The position numbers and the translations under genes are program-made. Of a stretch of DNA of 64,000 nucleotides, positions 24,441 through 36,775 are shown piece after piece (position 1 is the stretch's first letter; the number at the start of each line of letters is the position of its first letter). The notes under the pieces are model-generated. The model was given only the letters and a program-made list of their open reading frames with translations, made no database searches and was not told the origin of the DNA. The stretch is from Octopus sinensis. Taxonomy: Eukaryota. The stretch is from positions 169,818,001 through 169,882,000 of the forward strand of contig NC_042999.1 of NCBI RefSeq assembly GCF_006345805.1. The letters are read 5' to 3'.

Positions 24441-26353
24441 GATTTAATCAAATATTATTTTACATGTAACTCATAATGTGATTGGACCTTTTCTCGTCCC
24501 ATCTGGAACTACTGGGCTGTTTCTTTTGTTGTTGTTTGGCCTTAGATCGTCTGTGACTGAGCAGGTCTCTGATCAAAGGCATTCCGGCCGTGACTGTTCC
24601 TACATAAGTATTGCGTATATAGGGACAATGTTATCCAATCTATCCATCCCTTTTCGAGATTATAGTGTGCAATTTGAGAAGCATTTGGGTGCTATTTTTA
24701 GCCGACCAAGGTTAGGGTATTTTCGCGTGTTCGTGGTTTAAAGTTTGAAAGATTTGAAAGATTTGTTCTAAAACATTGCAATGAAAATTGTGATTATCAA
24801 GTATTATTCGCTATTTTTGTTCTTTCTTAAATTTTTCTAAACCAAAAATTGAATTAAATTTATAATTCTTTTACAAGTGCTATTCACTGGACTTATCCCA
24901 TGCTGGAGCACCGCTTTCAATGGTTTTCTTTCTCAATTGTATCGACTTTCAATCCTTTGCCAGATAAAACTTTTCCATCGGATCTAATGGAGGGCGTCAG
25001 GGGAGACAACTCATTCTGACACAAAAGCAGCCCCTTATTTCCAGTTTCGAATGTAACAGTTGTCACCCCACGCTGACGCGAAAACGAGTACAGGACTAAG
25101 CATTTTGTCCACCGTTTTATCGGAAACTGTCCCTCATTGTCCCACTTTGCTGGGCAAAATTGTTTCATTACTTAAAGATAATTATTTATAATTTTGGAAA
25201 AGTGTAAGTAATTTTTAAGGGGAAGCTAGGTGGCTAGTCGATTTATAACGCCCCTCCCCACTTGACTGGTATTTTATTTTATCGATCCCGAAAGGTATGA
25301 AAGGCAAAGTCGATCATGGTGGAATTTGAACTCAGAATTTGGTCATTGGACTGGGCCATGCTGGGGCACTACCTTGAAGAGTTTAGTCAAACAAATCAAT
25401 CCCAGTATTTAAAAAAAAAGTTTGGTACTTGTTCTATCGGCCTGTTTTGTCGAACTGCAAATTTATAGGGACGTAAACAAACCATACCGGTTGTCAGAAG
25501 GTAGTGAGGACAAACACAACGCACGCACGCACACACACACACACACACCACACGTAAAACCGGAAGAAATGCCGCTGAGCATTTTGTCGGGCGTGCTAAC
25601 GATTCTGCCTGGGTTTTAACCTTTCCTATATGAGCAATTGAAACCAATACCCTAAAGTCAATGAGATACGCTATAAGTTTTACGCTTTTCACATCGCTGA
25701 ACTCTTCCTATCCTACTTTACCTTTTTTTTTTACAGTAAACTGGACGGAGCCATTTTAGAAGTAATTCATAGGTGGGGCAGCAGGGCCTTCTTTAACACC
25801 AACGCCTGGTCTTTGAGTGACGACTTTACTGGATTCTACTCTGTCGTGAGCATTCGGACAAGATCTCTGGCTTCATCTCTTTTACTTGTTTCAGTTATTT
25901 TGACTGTGGCTATGCTGGAGCACCGCCTTTAGTCGAGCAAATCGACCCCCAGGACTTATTCTTTGTAAGCTTAGTACTTATTCTATCGGTTTGTTTTTTG
26001 CCGAACCGCTAATTTACGGGGACGTAAACACACCAGCATCGGTTGTCAAGCGATGTTGGGGTGGGTGGGTTGTGAGTGGATTTGGTAGACGGAAACTGAA
26101 AGAAGCCCGTCGTATATATATGTATGTTTGTGTGTCTGTGTTTGTCCTCCCAACATCGCTTGACAACCGATGCTGGTGTGTTTACGTCCCCGTAACTTAG
26201 CGGTTCGGCAAAAGAGACCGATAGAATAAGTACTAGGCTTCCAAAGAATAAGTCCTCTGTTCGATTTGCTCGACTAAAGGCGGTGCTCCAGCATGGCCGC
26301 TATGCTACCATCGTTCCTCAGTGAAGCATAAATATCACAAGCTCCCTGTTTTA

Positions 26354-26560
26354 CAGTGATCCCTCGTTTATCGCGGTAGATTGGTTCCAAGACCGGCCGC
26401 GATAACTGAATTTCCGCGAAGTAGGGCCACCATGTTTACAGTATTTATTTAACGTGTATTTGGACTTTTAAAACCCTCGCTGCACTGTTAACAACCCACC
26501 CATTACAGTAGTCTATTAATAACAAGAACAACTGTTAAGCAATAACACTTTAGATTTAAA
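26354..26560 (+). mobile_element. Tigger/pogo-like 5' fragment
   Basis: TA|CAGTGATCCCTCGTTTATCGCGG terminus; the other end was not found. Confidence 0.55.
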
Positions 26561-27091
26561 AAAAAAGAGTGTTACTGTTACACAGGCCAGATTACAAAAT
26601 AGAAAGCTGTGATTCGTCGTCTCTCTCCATTGCACCAATCACAGCCCGTCTTAAGTTCAAATACCCCTTGAGCAAGACACTTTATTTCATGTTGTTTCAG
26701 TTCACTCAGCTGTATTGGCCCCTTTGCCTTTCCCTTGGATAACACTGGTGGCCGGTAAGTATGGGCGACTGCTGGCCTTCCATAAACAACCTTTCCCAGA
26801 CTTGTGCCTGGGAGGGTAACTTCCTAGGTGCAATCCCATGGTTAGTTATGACCGAAGGGGGTCTCCGCAATTACTGGCCACATACTGAAATAATAATAAT
26901 AAAAAAGTACAAAAGATGGCATTGATTATTTTAACACCAGAAACAACCCCAGTGATTTATCAGGACACAACTGGTGGTAGTGATTCTGTCATGAACCCAA
27001 GGACTCTTTCTTAGAACTTGTTGACTTTATCTGAAAATCGCTGAAGTTCACAAGCAGAAGTACTCCTCCTCCTCTTCCTCCTTCTAGTACT

Positions 27092-27399
27092 TAATCCTAG
27101 TACTTATTCTATTTGTCTCTTTTGCCGAACCGCTAAGTTACGGGTACGTAAACACACCAGCATCGGTTATCAAGCGATGGTGGGAGGACAAACACAGACA
27201 CACAAACATATACACACACACACACATATATATACCACGGGCTTCTTTCAGTTTCCGTCTACCAAATCCACTCACAAGGACGTGGTCGGCCGGAGGCTAT
27301 AGTAGGAGATACTTGCCCAAGGTGCCACGCAGTGGGACTGAACCCAGAACTATGTGGTTGGTAAGCAAGCTACTTACCACACAGCCACTCCTGCGCCTA
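27092..27399 (-). mobile_element. SINE family A (tail truncated)
   Basis: Homology. Confidence 0.88.
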
Positions 27400-28119
27400 C
27401 GTAGAGATGTTTTCGACATAAAGAGTGAGTGATTAAAGCCAATGGTAACAATCGTAATGTTAAGAGCCAAAAATTTTATCTGTAGTGCAAAAAGAGAGTG
27501 AGAGAGAGAGAGAGGGAGAGAGAAAAGAAAGAGAGAGAGAGTGTGTGTGTGTGTTTTTGCAAAAAATAGGGGAAGAAACTCTCCTTTTAAAAAAATTTAG
27601 ATTTTGGAGTTGTCTCCACTAAGTTGCTATTTTTTTCCCTTCGCTGCGGTTATTGACGGATGACAATAGAAAGCACGTCTCAAAGACGTGCTTTCTATTT
27701 GAAAACTGTACGCTAAGATTACCCTGCGTCCCACGCGACCGTATTACAGGAAGCCGAGCACCAAATGTTAGGGAGCTCGATGCTGGCACCGCTTGTTGCG
27801 ACGACGAGTGTTCCAGTTGATCTGATAAACGGAACAGCCTGCTCTCGAAATTAACGGGCAAGTGATTGAGCACTCCATGGACACGGGTTTTCTTCACATA
27901 GTTCTTAGGGTGATTCAGCGTGACACAGAACGTGACAAGACTGTAATTACAAGTACAACTCACTTTTGTCAGCATTTTTGCCAGTGGACTGGAGCAACGT
28001 GAAATACTGTGTCTTGCTTAAGGATACAACGCGCTGCCGAGAATCGAACTCAGAACCTTAATCACTAAGCCACGCGCTTTCGTAGAGGGCGGCGGATAAG
28101 CACAAGCTGGCTAGGTACA

Positions 28120-28507
28120 AGGCGTAGGAGTAGCTGTGTGGTAAGTAGTTTGCTTACCAACCACATAGTTCTGGGTTCAGTTCCACTGCGTGGCACCTTG
28201 GCCAAGTGTCTTCTTCTATAGCCTCAGGCCTACCAAAGCCTTGTGATTGGATTTGGTAGACGGAAACTGAAAGAAGCTCGTCGTATATATGCATGTGTGT
28301 GTTTGTGTGTCTATGTTTGTCCCCACAACATCGCTTGACAACCGATGCTGGTGTGTTTACGTCCCCATAACTTAGCGGTTCGGCAAAAGAGACCGATAGA
28401 ATAAATACTAGGCTTACAAAGAATAAGTCCTGGGGGTCGATTTGCTCGACTAAAGGCGGTGCTCCAGCATGGCCGCAGTCAAATGACTGAAACAAGTAAA
28501 AGAGTAA
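28120..28507 (+). mobile_element. SINE family A
   Basis: Full copy. Confidence 0.92.
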
Positions 28508-28784
28508 ATTTAGGAAAGCCTATTTCACTCTACGTCGGCAGTTATACAGGCGACTCATCTTACCTCATTTTACCTTTTCCCCCAGCATCCATTACTTAAA
28601 TGTGTCTTACATTATTTAATGAGTCTCTTACATTTAGGAAACATTTTTTAGTTGTCTAAATGAAAAAATTCACATTAAATTTTTTTTATTTCCTTCCGCA
28701 AAATATTCTCGTAAAAATGGGGTCCGTTTCATGCCAGGATGTATCCTATACGCCACAAATACGATACTTTAATAATTTTTAAAA

Positions 28785-29013
28785 TTCTTTATTGCCCACA
28801 AGGGGCTAAACACGGAGAGGACAAACAAGGACAGACAAATGGATTAAGTCGATTATATCGACCCCAGTGCGTAACTGGTACTTATTTAGTCGACCCCGAA
28901 ATGATGAAAGGCAAAGTCGGTCTCGGCGGAATTTGAACTCAGAACGTAACGGCAAACGAAATACCGCTCAGCATTTCGCCCGGCGTGCTAACGGTTCTGC
29001 CAGCGCTCCGCCT
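28785..29013 (-). mobile_element. SINE family B (tRNA head, cctttcatcctttcggggtcgataaa core)
   Basis: A/B boxes; direct repeat TACGATACTTT at 28760-28770 and 29014-29024, probably the start of the TSD. Confidence 0.9.
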
Positions 29014-29343
29014 TACGATACTTTTAAAAATATTAGTAGCATCTTAACGATTTGTTTAAGAGCGTATTTGGTTGAAATGGTGTAAACGGTGAAGCTTCAA
29101 CCGTGAATTGAAATTGCGTTCGGTTCCAACAGGACGGATGTTTACTTCTCGCTCACTTCAAACGCATGCAAAAATACTAATACTCTCGAACCGATCCAAC
29201 AAAGAGCTTCTAGGCATCTGCTCGTGCAGCTAGAAGTAGTTGCGAATCTGCCTCAAAGATATTTGATTTTATTCATGATTAAAACGAGAAAAAGAAATAC
29301 ATTGACTTATTATTTGCAATTAATTACAAACCTGGGTATCACT

Positions 29344-29772
29344 CAGCGCTGGATTAACCATTAAGCAAAATAAGCACGTGCTTAGGGCATCAGGGGAAAG
29401 AGGGGGTACCAGAGAAATGGTAAATGGTTTACGGCACAAAAGAAATCCCTTTAAACTTGCTAAAATAATATTCCGGATACCTTTATTTCTACTAAGTATA
29501 GATGCAGATGTGTTAACCTAAGATTAATTTTGAGGATCTGACCAAAGACTTTGCAATTCAAAAAAGTAGGAGGAAACTTTTCAAATATAAATAAAATGGA
29601 AGGAGACAAAAATAAACATTATTTTCCCTCTTATTGTTTTGTTTCATTTTGGAAAATAAAAAAAATTATTTTATGGTTTGTTATTGTTTATATTTTGAAT
29701 TAGATAATCTTTTATGGGGGCACCAAAATCTTTTAAGTGCTTAAAGCCTCGATGGGTCTTAATCCGGCCCCG
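29344..29772. mobile_element. MITE-like element with GCCGGATTAA-type TIRs
   Basis: CAGCGCTGGATTAA / TTAATCCGGCCCCG (11/14); no clear TSD. Confidence 0.6.
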
Positions 29773-29774
29773 GT

Positions 29775-30195
29775 AACTCCGTCCGTTACGCAGAAGGGAG
29801 AAAAATAAGTAAATACAAGAGACTGACCGGCCGTTATCAGTTTGTGCCGGTCGCCGTCGAGACCTCAGGTGCTCTCGGGGCCCGTACAACCGATTTCCTC
29901 CAGGCAAAATCTGGATAACTGCGGCCCGTCTGAAAAATGAGTCCCGCAAAGTGGAGTGGCTGCTGCAGCGGTTGTCGCTGACCCTTCTCCGCGGCAACAC
30001 CATCGTGGTCATGACCTCGGGACCTAGCTGAGTACACCATTGGTTCTGGGGTGTGTGGCCAATTGTCCCCTCTCTTCTATCTTCTGCTGCTTAATCCCCC
30101 ATTTTTTCATTGGTTTTTCTTTATCTGTTTCTTTGTATCTTTGTGTTTAAATGCTATGATATAAAATGTGACCAGTTGGCTTAATAAATAAAATT
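29775..30195 (+). mobile_element. 3' fragment of a CRE-like (restriction-like endonuclease) non-LTR retrotransposon
   Basis: Reads YAEGRKISKYKRLTGRYQFVPVAVETSGALG...FL, then after a frameshift RKVEWLLQRLSLTLLRGN-TGA (30031). AATAAA near 30183. GC-rich. Confidence 0.75.
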
Positions 30196-31984
30196 TCATC
30201 AGTATTGCTGAAAAGACAAACAAACAAAACCCAATAACATTGTATAATTTGTAAACGAAAGGTTGAGTTACATCTACTCTTAAATTAGATATGCATAAAT
30301 ATTCTTTGAACTGTCCCAGACAAATCATTCATCAGTAAATGGATTATTTTAAGTCTTCCCAGTCAATGAATATTTGAACTCGGTCGGAAGTGATGAATGG
30401 CTCCTGAATTGCGAACAACGAACATTTATTTCTACTTTATACTATGTAGATAAACGTTTATTCAACGCCAGTTCGAAAAAAAGTTCTTTTTTTTTTACTC
30501 TACATCTATTCGACAAAAGACTATTTCTACTTTATGCCAAGTAGACAAAAACATGCTTTTACTCCTTGCCACTTCAATGAAAGTTTACTTGTTCTCTACA
30601 TCAGGTAAACAAAAGTTCGGCGGAAGTTTGCATTTGCTTTGCATCCGCTAGACAAAAATTTGTTTTTACTCGACGCCAGTTCGACGAAAATTTTCTTCTT
30701 GTCTGCATCAATTCGACGAAAGTCTACGCTATTAAACAGTGATACCATTCTTCAATAGTTTAATGCAACAGATAATTCAAGATTCTGTTTTGTGTATCGT
30801 ATCTAGGACTATCATCTCGTAATTATGAATCGTTGAGTTGCAGCGGATGACATCGTCAGCCATTCCAGAAACAAATACATTAAACTTAAGCGATTAGTTC
30901 TGGCAGAACATTTCGTGCAGATGTTTATTTGAAAGTGAGTACAACACCAAATAATAGCGGCGCAAGATGGTCAACTACGTGGTATGCCAGAATAAACATA
31001 TATATATATATATATATATGTATATACATATATATACGACGGGCTTCTTTCAGTTTCCATCTACCAAATCCACTATTTTTGTCTAGATTCCGCGTTCATA
31101 TCTCGGCTGTTTTGCTTCATACCTTTTCCGTAACAGCAATATAAAAGGATCTGTTTGGGTCGATCATTTCATTTCTTTACAAGCTTTCGCATCGCATGCG
31201 GAATCGAAGCAGTTAAAGAAATAAAGGATAAAATGTAAGGCAATATTCAAATTCTTTACCATCTAATTAGGATTTATTTTGGAATTCAAGGTATTTCTCA
31301 TTTAATTATTCATTTAAAGATTACATGGAGATTTAAGGTCAAATTAAACACAGACGCACACATATACACGTGCGCACACATACACACATACAGACACGCA
31401 TATACAAAGGTAGAATAAATAAAAAGCAATAACAACGATTTCAGGTGAAGATTATTGAAAGAATGTAAATGTCAAGACTGAGTGAGTTGCAACTCTGGTT
31501 TGTAGTCTGCCACGAGATTGGTAGTAAAAACGTCTTTTGATAAACTCTTACAAGTTTTGAAAAAAAAGTATAATGCAAAACAATATATGATGGAATAATT
31601 GTCGGGCCCCGTTTCTAAAAAGCATTATCACCACGAAAGCTAACCGATTTAGATTTAACAGTAAATCGAAACCGTAGTGCAGGATTGGCTCTCGGCAGAA
31701 AGGAAGCTCGTTTACCGTGCTCGCCAAGTAAGCCGTCTTACGAGGGTTATTGAAATTAGGGTGGCTTAATACGCTCGCTGGAGAAGAAAGCATTCTAACC
31801 ACTCTCACAGCGACAAGGGGATCTAATTACCACATTCACAGAGCAAAGTGTAACAAAATTCTCAGGAGATAATAAAATTTTGTATGCATAGCAATGAAGC
31901 CTGGATTTTATAGAAATGATCTCGTGATAGATATTAATTAATGTAAGTGAAGCGGTTTCAACAATTAACTGAATTTTTTTCAAT

Positions 31985-32378
31985 TAGGCGCAGGAGTGCC
32001 TGTGTTGTAAGTAGCTTGCTTACTAACCACATGGTTCCGGGTTCAGTCCCACCACGTGACACCTTGTGCAAGTGTCTTCTACTGTAGCCTCGGGCCGACC
32101 AAAGCCTTGTGAATGGGTTTGGTAGACGGAAACTGAAAGAATCCCGTTGTGTATATGTATATGTGTGTGTGTTTGTGTGTCTCCCCAACATCACTTGACA
32201 ACCGATGCTGGTGTGTTTAGGTCCCCGTAACTTAGCGGTTCGGCAAAAGGAACCGATAGAATAAGTACTAGGCTTACAAAGAATAAGTCCAGGAGTCGAT
32301 TTGCTCGACTAAAGGCGGTGCTCCATCATGGCCGCAATCAAATGACTGAAACAAGTAAAAGAAAAAAAAAAGAGTAAA
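31985..32378 (+). mobile_element. SINE family A
   Basis: Full copy. Confidence 0.92.
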
Positions 32379-33667
32379 GTTAGTGTTAACATATTCAATG
32401 TAAAAAATCAAACGAGAAATATTCATGCAGTGAGAGAGAAAAAAAAACAGCAGAGGTCAAAGATTGATATTGTTTTAATTATTCTAGCAAGTCCAGCTGC
32501 TGACGTGTCTCCTTTTTATGTCCCCAATTAGCCAAGCATATACGTGGTCGTGCTTGCTGAAGTAGCGGTGAAGTAATCATTAAATAAATACACAGCATAA
32601 TACACAAAACGAGGTTAAAAAGAAAAAAAAATAGTGTATTTTGGAGAAACATTTGTCATAGACGAGATCTACACGTAAAAGCAATTGTGAGGTTAGTATT
32701 AACATATTTAATGGAGTAAGAAGCAAAACATTAATTATAAATAATTATGTGATGATGACAAGATTATATTTTAATTATTTAACACGTATGGGAGATAACC
32801 CAGGACATGTTTCAGTACTATTAGATCTCCTCGGCGTAATTTACAGAATATATGAAATTAGAAATAATTGGTTCAGCTTGAATGTACTCATTTATTGTTA
32901 TAAAGACAGGAAACGTTTCTTAATTATTTTGAAGAGTAAAGAAGAGAGAAGCGGGAGCCGAAGATTTTTGCAGGTTCTAAAGCACTGAAACGGTTCAGAG
33001 GATTGATAATCACGGTTAGATATTTTTAGAGAAAATGTAAGCTGAAAAGGAACTTCAAAGGAAAGCAATATTTTGAGAAAGATGTTCAAAGAGTATGGAC
33101 ATAGTAAAGACTACGAGATGAGAAGAGCCGGGGTAATCTTGGATATCAGGTGTGATGGTATGGAATTTGCTGATCTAACAGCCTCTCATTAAAACAATAT
33201 TAGTAACTATATTAGTAGTTGTATCCTCCTCATCTAGGCTCTGCACAAACCACTTCGTTCAGTTATTTCTCCCCAGAACGTCGGCTCCCTGCAACTCCAT
33301 CTTTGCTTATCTCTTCACCGGTGTAGGAGGTATTGCAAAAACCACGGCCACTGCTCACTTCCTCCAGATCCTATAAATATACCGGCAGTACGAGAGGTAA
33401 GTGTTGATTGTCGTGATTATGCGGCTAACATGGAAACAGAAACATAAAAACTCTAAACGAGATATAAGAAAGCATCAAAACCTGGCTTCTCTTCCTCGTT
33501 GTCAATTTACTGTTCACCACAAAATATTGCAGGATTTAGTGTTTGAAAATAATTCAAATCAAAAATAGATTTTCAATAAAATGAGAAATTAAAACCATTC
33601 ACGAGATTTGCTGGGCTGAAGCTAAGGTGAACCAATCCTTTGATGTTAAGCGAAACAGGATGATTAG

Positions 33668-34305
33668 TGTTGATTTCAAATTTTGGCACAAGACCAGCAA
33701 TTTTTGGGGAGGGTTAAGTCGATTACATCGACCCCAGTGTTTAACTGGTACTTATTTAATCGACCCCGAAAGGATGAAAGGCAAAGTCGACCTCGGTGGA
33801 ATTTGAACTCAGAATGTAAAGATAGGCGAAATACTGCTAAGCATTTTGCCCGGATGGCTAACGACACTGCATTAATTTCAAATTCTGGCACAAAGCCAAT
33901 AATTTCGGGAGGGTGGGGGGTTAAGTTGATTACATCGACCTCAGTGATCTACAGGTACTCATTTTATTGACCCCGAAAGGATGAAAGACAAAGTCGACCC
34001 AGGCGGAATTTGAACTCAAAACATGGCGACGGACGAAATGTCATTAAGCATTTCGTCCGGCGTGCTAACGATTCTGCCAGTTCGCCACCATTTGGATTAA
34101 TATTAGTGATATGCTCAAGGCGGCGGAGCTGTCAGCGTCGTTAGTACGCCGGACGAAAAGCTTAGCATTCAAATTCCGTCGAGGTTGACTTTGTCTTTCA
34201 CCCTTTCGGGGTCCATAAAATAAGTACCAGTTGATCACCGGGGTCGATGTAATCGACTCGCCCTCCACCCCTAAATTGCTGGTCTTGTGCCAAGGTTGAA
34301 ATCAA
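33668..34305. mobile_element. SINE B cluster (two minus copies, one plus copy at 34115-34305)
   Basis: Homology. Confidence 0.85.
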
Positions 34306-34678
34306 CATTAGCTCCATATTACTGATCATTTTCGTTGTATATTCATCGACCTTGACATTGTATTAAATGTAAACTGTAAATCTCTATATATGCAGATGCT
34401 ACTGGACGTCGTCGCGGTCCCTGGATTCACAAATACCAGGCCACCCCACCCCACCACAACGAAAATGGGCGAAATATTTTGCCTCCCTTTCGTCACCCCT
34501 CATCACCAGAAGACAAAAGTTTCGCTGGGGTTGTTCAAGTTTTTGAAAATTTAAAAAAAAAACATCTTCATTAAGGTCCCACTGCATTGCACCTTGGGCA
34601 AGTATCTTCTACTATAGCCTCGGGCCGACCACAGCCTTGTGAGTGGATTTGTTAGATGGAAACTGAAAGAAGCTCGTC

Positions 34679-34712
<34 letters not shown>

Positions 34713-34714
<2 letters not shown>

Positions 34715-35339
34715 GAGAAAAAAGCAACAAGAATGGATTAGTTTTTTAGTACAATTGTTTCATACAAAGACAGGCTTTATTAAAAGCTGCAATATTGCAG
34801 CAAATACAAGTGTCCCGTACTCATCAGCCAAAACACATATGAGTTCTCCAAACATCTTAGTGGGTGAGGCTACACTCATGAAGTATCAGAGATAATTTTA
34901 TAAAAAGCAAATTCAGGTGGTAAGCGGACTTCCAAAGTTCTTTAATGATGATGCACAGTCTTATCACAGGTGATAAGACTGTGCATCATCATTAAAGAAC
35001 TTTGGAAGTCCGCTTACACCTGAATTTGCTTTTATAAAATTATCTCCGATACTTCATGAGTGTAGCCTCACCCACTAAGATGTTTGGAGAACTCATATGT
35101 GTTTTGGCTGATGAGTACGGGACACTTGTATTTGCTGCAATATTTGCAGCTTTTAATAAAGCCTGTCTTTGTATGAAACAATTGTACTAAAAAACTAATC
35201 CATTCTTGTTGCTTTTTTCTCGTTTATAATCACCCCACATTATTGTATGGTTAATACCATATAGTTTTCTGGTGCATCTAAGTTAAGTACCGCATTCAAG
35301 TGAATTCATTAGAACTGACTTGAATCTTAATTGCTTTTA

Positions 35340-35342
<3 letters not shown>
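34713..35342 (+). mobile_element. Penelope-like fold-back insertion carrying hammerhead motifs
   Basis: 255/254 bp inverted arms (34713-34967, 34970-35223) plus a 119 bp extension. Splits one SINE at its (TA)n. Confidence 0.7.
35102..35192 (+). ncRNA. Type I hammerhead ribozyme motif (mirror copy 34744-34833, minus)
   Basis: TTTTGG / CTGATGA / G-stem II-T / GAAA C aatt GT A / CTAAAA: intact core, 6-bp stem I, palindromic stem III, GUA cleavage triplet. Confidence 0.72.
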
Positions 35343-35416
<74 letters not shown>

Positions 35417-36206
35417 TGTATGTATGTATGTATGTATGTATGTGTGTATATGTTTGTATGTATATGTTTGTCTCCCCAACATCGCTTGACAACCGATGCT
35501 GGTGTGTTTACGTCCCCGTAACTTAGCGGTTCGGCAAAAGAGTGCGATAGAATAAGTACTAGGCTTACAAAGAATAAGTGCTGGGGTCGATTTGCTCGAC
35601 TAAAAGGCGGTGCTCCAACATGGCCACAGTCAAATGACTGAAACAAGTAAAAAAGTAAAAGAGAGAGTAAGGAACTGACACTCTGTCTGTTCCGACGACA
35701 AGGGTTCCGGTTGATTCGATCAACGGAACCGCCTTCTCGTGCAATTTACATGCAAGTGGCTGAACACTCCCCAGACACACGTACCCTTAACGTAGTTTTT
35801 AGGAAGATTGTGACAAGGTTGGCCCTTTGAATTACAAGCACAACTCATTTTTGCCAGCTAGGTGGACTGGAGCAACTGAAATAAAGTTTCTTGCTCAAGG
35901 ACAAAACGTACCGCTGGATATCGAACCACGATGCTACAATAGTGGACCCTAACCACCAAGCCACATGCTTTCATTACACCATCTTATATTAGATATAGAA
36001 AACTATTTTAATCTAATTTTTTGCACGCAACGGTTCTTTATGCATACAAGTTGTTAATTACAACTCCACTGATTTTTCAAACACTGTTTTCATATGTCAG
36101 TACTGTAAGTTTTGTTTCAGCATGCGGTTTACAAAGCCCAACGTGGCAGCAGTGTATCTAACATCGTCACTGGCTGCTGCTGGACGATTTCCGCCTGCTA
36201 CTGATA

Positions 36207-36775
36207 TATTGGGTTGTCCGGAAAGTTCGTGCCGATTTTTAAAGGAAAGAAAAAGTTCAATAAATACTTGCCATTACATTTTTAATCAACCAAATATGAA
36301 CCATTTTGTTGCACAATGTGTCTCAGTCTTTCCTTTCACTTGAAAATACCCTCTTCCCAGAACTGAGGTGGTTTCATGGCAAAGATTTCATCAAGGTATC
36401 TTTTTACGTCATCCAAGAAATTGAAACTTTTACCATTAAGACTATTCTGCAGATACCTGAATAAGCAGAAATCTGAAGGAGCACTTCAGGTGACTATGGA
36501 GGGTGGGGTAACACATCCCAGCCGAACTGCAGCAATTTTTGTCTGGTTCCCAAAGCATCATGTGCCGAAAATGAACTTCCTTATCTTCCATTTTAAAGGG
36601 TTACAGAATTAACACAGGTTATAGGAACATAAACCTTCTTCCACGAAAAGATAGCTTAAACTGTGCTCTAAATGGGGGTGTAGTCAAATCCTATTTTATG
36701 GACTCAACCATGTTCTAAAATAAGTCGAAAGGTAAGCTACTATAAATCGGCATGAACTTTCCAAACAATCCAATA
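36207..36775 (-). mobile_element. Internally deleted mariner transposon
   Basis: 32-bp TIRs (TATTGGGTTGTCCGGAAAGTTCGTGCCGATTT / AAATCGGCATGAACTTTCCAAACAATCCAATA, 28/32) with TA ends. Minus strand encodes a decayed WDVLPHPP(Y)SP...transposase C-terminus. Confidence 0.9.

Larger units (their letters stand above)
34585..35668 (+). mobile_element. SINE family A split by the fold-back insertion
   Basis: 5' half 34585-34712 ends in (TA)n; 3' half resumes in (TA)n at 35343 and ends aagtaaaagagag. Confidence 0.85.

Noticed and set aside
30420-30725. CRISPR-like repeat-spacer array
   Set aside because: Eukaryotic DNA, no invariant repeat and no cas genes; it is a decayed minisatellite.
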